DNA of 64,000 bases, taken from Eledone cirrhosa (taxonomy: Eukaryota). The notes beneath the pieces are model-generated. The model did no database searches and was not told the origin of the DNA. It was given only the letters and a program-made list of their open reading frames with translations. The position numbers and the translations under genes are program-made. This document shows, piece after piece, positions 61,758 to 64,000 of this stretch (position 1 is the first letter of the stretch; each line of letters starts with the position of its first letter). Where the stretch lies: NCBI GenBank assembly GCA_964016885.1, contig OZ024742.1, forward strand, positions 55,304,001 through 55,368,000, read 5' to 3'.

Positions 61758-61905
61758 ATTGAGTTACGGCCCTTGCCATTCTGAGTTCATATCCCGCCGA
61801 GGTTAACTTTGCCTTTTGTCATCCTTGCGGAGTCGATAAAATAAAGTACCAGTAATACACTGGGTATTTGCTGGCCTTGTGCCAAAAGTAGAAACAATTA
61901 TTACT
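61758..61905 (+). mobile_element. Nin/Deu-like SINE fragment
   Basis: Shared core sequence. Confidence 0.75.
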
Positions 61906-62199
61906 ATTCCATTCGTTTCCAATCAAACAGCCTCATCACGCTCTTTTTTTTTTAGACGACTATTGTGATCCTTTTATTCTAGCGGTAACAGAGAGATACA
62001 ATCGACAATTGTTTCCTGGTTATTCCCCTAATACAGATTGCGTATCAGAATATATAGTATTTTCTACAGTACATATTGGCTAATTAGCCTAATTTACCTA
62101 CCAAGCGATTTTACGGCTGGCTTTGCTGAAAGTTGAAAACAAAGCATTTTCCGCTTTAAATTTTAAAATGGATTCGTAAGTTTTATACCGAATTTATAC

Positions 62200-62360
62200 T
62201 GAGGAGGTTGTGAGTTCGATTCTCGGATTGGGTGATGTGCTGTGTCCAGGAGAAAGGCACTTTCTTTCATGTTGTTCCTGTTTACTCAGCTGTAGAAATG
62301 AGTTGCAATATCACTGGTGCCAAGCTCTATCCGATATTGCCTCTCCCTTAGACAATATTT
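62200..62360 (+). mobile_element. Truncated copy of the 60838 SINE family
   Basis: gaggttgtgagttcgattctcgga...tttactcagctgtagaaatgagttgcaatatcactggtgccaagct. Confidence 0.8.
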
Positions 62361-62382
62361 GTATATATATGCTTTGTATAGC

Positions 62383-62451
<69 letters not shown>

Positions 62452-62829
62452 ATACACACACACATATATATATATATATATAAATGAAAATATAGAAATT
62501 AATGTGAGCAAGAAGCCAACAGTATTTCATAATATATAAGTGACTATAACGTCAAAATGGAAAAAAAATTAACGTAAGATATGGGAAAATAATTCAAACT
62601 CAATTTTAAAAAAATCAATACAGATATTTTATCCACAGATTTTGTGAAATCCAGGGAAAAAACCAATAGAGTCTTAACTCAGAATAAAATAAAGCTTAAA
62701 TACTCATCCTTCAATTTGGAAAAGCTACAAATGCTCTATATAGTCTTAAAAAGACTATTTCACGAAATTTTTCAGTGGGAATGGTCACGGTTGGAATCGT
62801 TCCTCAGTAGTGCTCAATGTATGTATATA

Positions 62830-62932
<103 letters not shown>

Positions 62933-62941
62933 CTGTGTGTG

Positions 62942-62981
<40 letters not shown>

Positions 62982-62991
62982 TGTGCGTGTG

Positions 62992-63050
<59 letters not shown>

Positions 63051-63350
63051 TAGTGAATATACATACATTGTTAAATTGTTAGAATTCCTTGATTTATGTC
63101 ATTGTTATCAGCCTAATATGTTCAATTCGGGTATTGCTTCCCAGAGAACGTATCACAATGCATTTGCTCCGAGACAGGTTCTCTTCGCATGTACTATCAT
63201 TGAGCAGTTCTCAAGGTTGAATGATCTGAATGGTTGCGATGGTCTCTAGACTTTTATCATTGTATCGATCTAATCTGAATCCCCAATATATATATACATA
63301 CATGTGTGTGTGTGTGTAAATATACTATACATATATATATATACATGCAT

Positions 63351-63394
<44 letters not shown>

Positions 63395-63417
63395 GAGAGA
63401 AGAGGGGAGAGAGAGGG

Positions 63418-63459
<42 letters not shown>

Positions 63460-64000
63460 ATGGAGAGAGAGAGACCTGCGCCTGTCTATGTATGTTTAAG
63501 AAAGATAGAAAAAGTACATTAACGCAACCGCAGTCTCACTTGGCAGCCTATGCTTTCTTTTGAAAATCAGTTGTCTTCTTTGGAAATCGATGTATACGTA
63601 ATTTTTGGGGGGTTTGTTTTGTTATCAGGCGTACCAATAATATCGTTTTCAGCATGCAATAATGATTTGATATTATTATAACATCTAACACAAAGTAGTA
63701 CTATAAATAATATATTTCCTTACATCTTCGTTAACATTTCGCATAAATGTTTGATACAAATAGAATGAAATATGTTTTTTTACACTTCCTTGTTAGCAAC
63801 GTCTTTTTTCGGTTCCTTCATAGTAACCCCTTTTCCCAGTTCTTTCTCAGTAACCCCTTGCTCTTTAGTGGCCTTATGGTTTTGTTTTGGGTCAGCCAAA
63901 AAGAGATTCACACTTATGCTGGTTTAGTTTAAATTGTTACAGATTGCATGTCATGCGGTGGTTCATTGACATGGACCCCAGTCTTCTTTCAGATAAGTTA

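Overview
AT-rich, microsatellite-laden animal genomic DNA. The (TA)n/(CA)n/(GA)n density and SINE content suggest an octopus or other coleoid cephalopod (inference). No host gene could be supported. The window is dominated by Penelope-like retroelements (PLEs) encoding RT plus a C-terminal GIY-YIG endonuclease, with motifs matching the Hydra clade (DKT, IQFDI, YRDD, CxCx5C linker, CxxC, terminal CxH). There are three near-full-length copies from three divergent families (3.0-6.3 kb, 19.3-24.5 kb, 56.1-59.4 kb), four 5'-truncated copies with endonuclease remnants, and many short fold-back insertions, nearly all sitting inside (TA)n tracts. Manual reading found about 14 sequence-distinct type I hammerhead ribozyme (HHR) families in more than 20 copies. 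Most have palindromic stem III, many have a non-canonical first stem II pair, and their stem II domains range from about 11 to about 100 nt. Also present: a non-coding 635-bp tandem HHR-bearing unit (retrozyme-like), a conserved CTCCT-N3-5-GTTGAGC motif 21-25 nt upstream of all three PLE start codons, a Buster-type hAT relic with TIRs and an 8-bp TSD, RTE LINE fragments, two SINE types and a Helitron-like end. All folds and coordinates were derived by eye.
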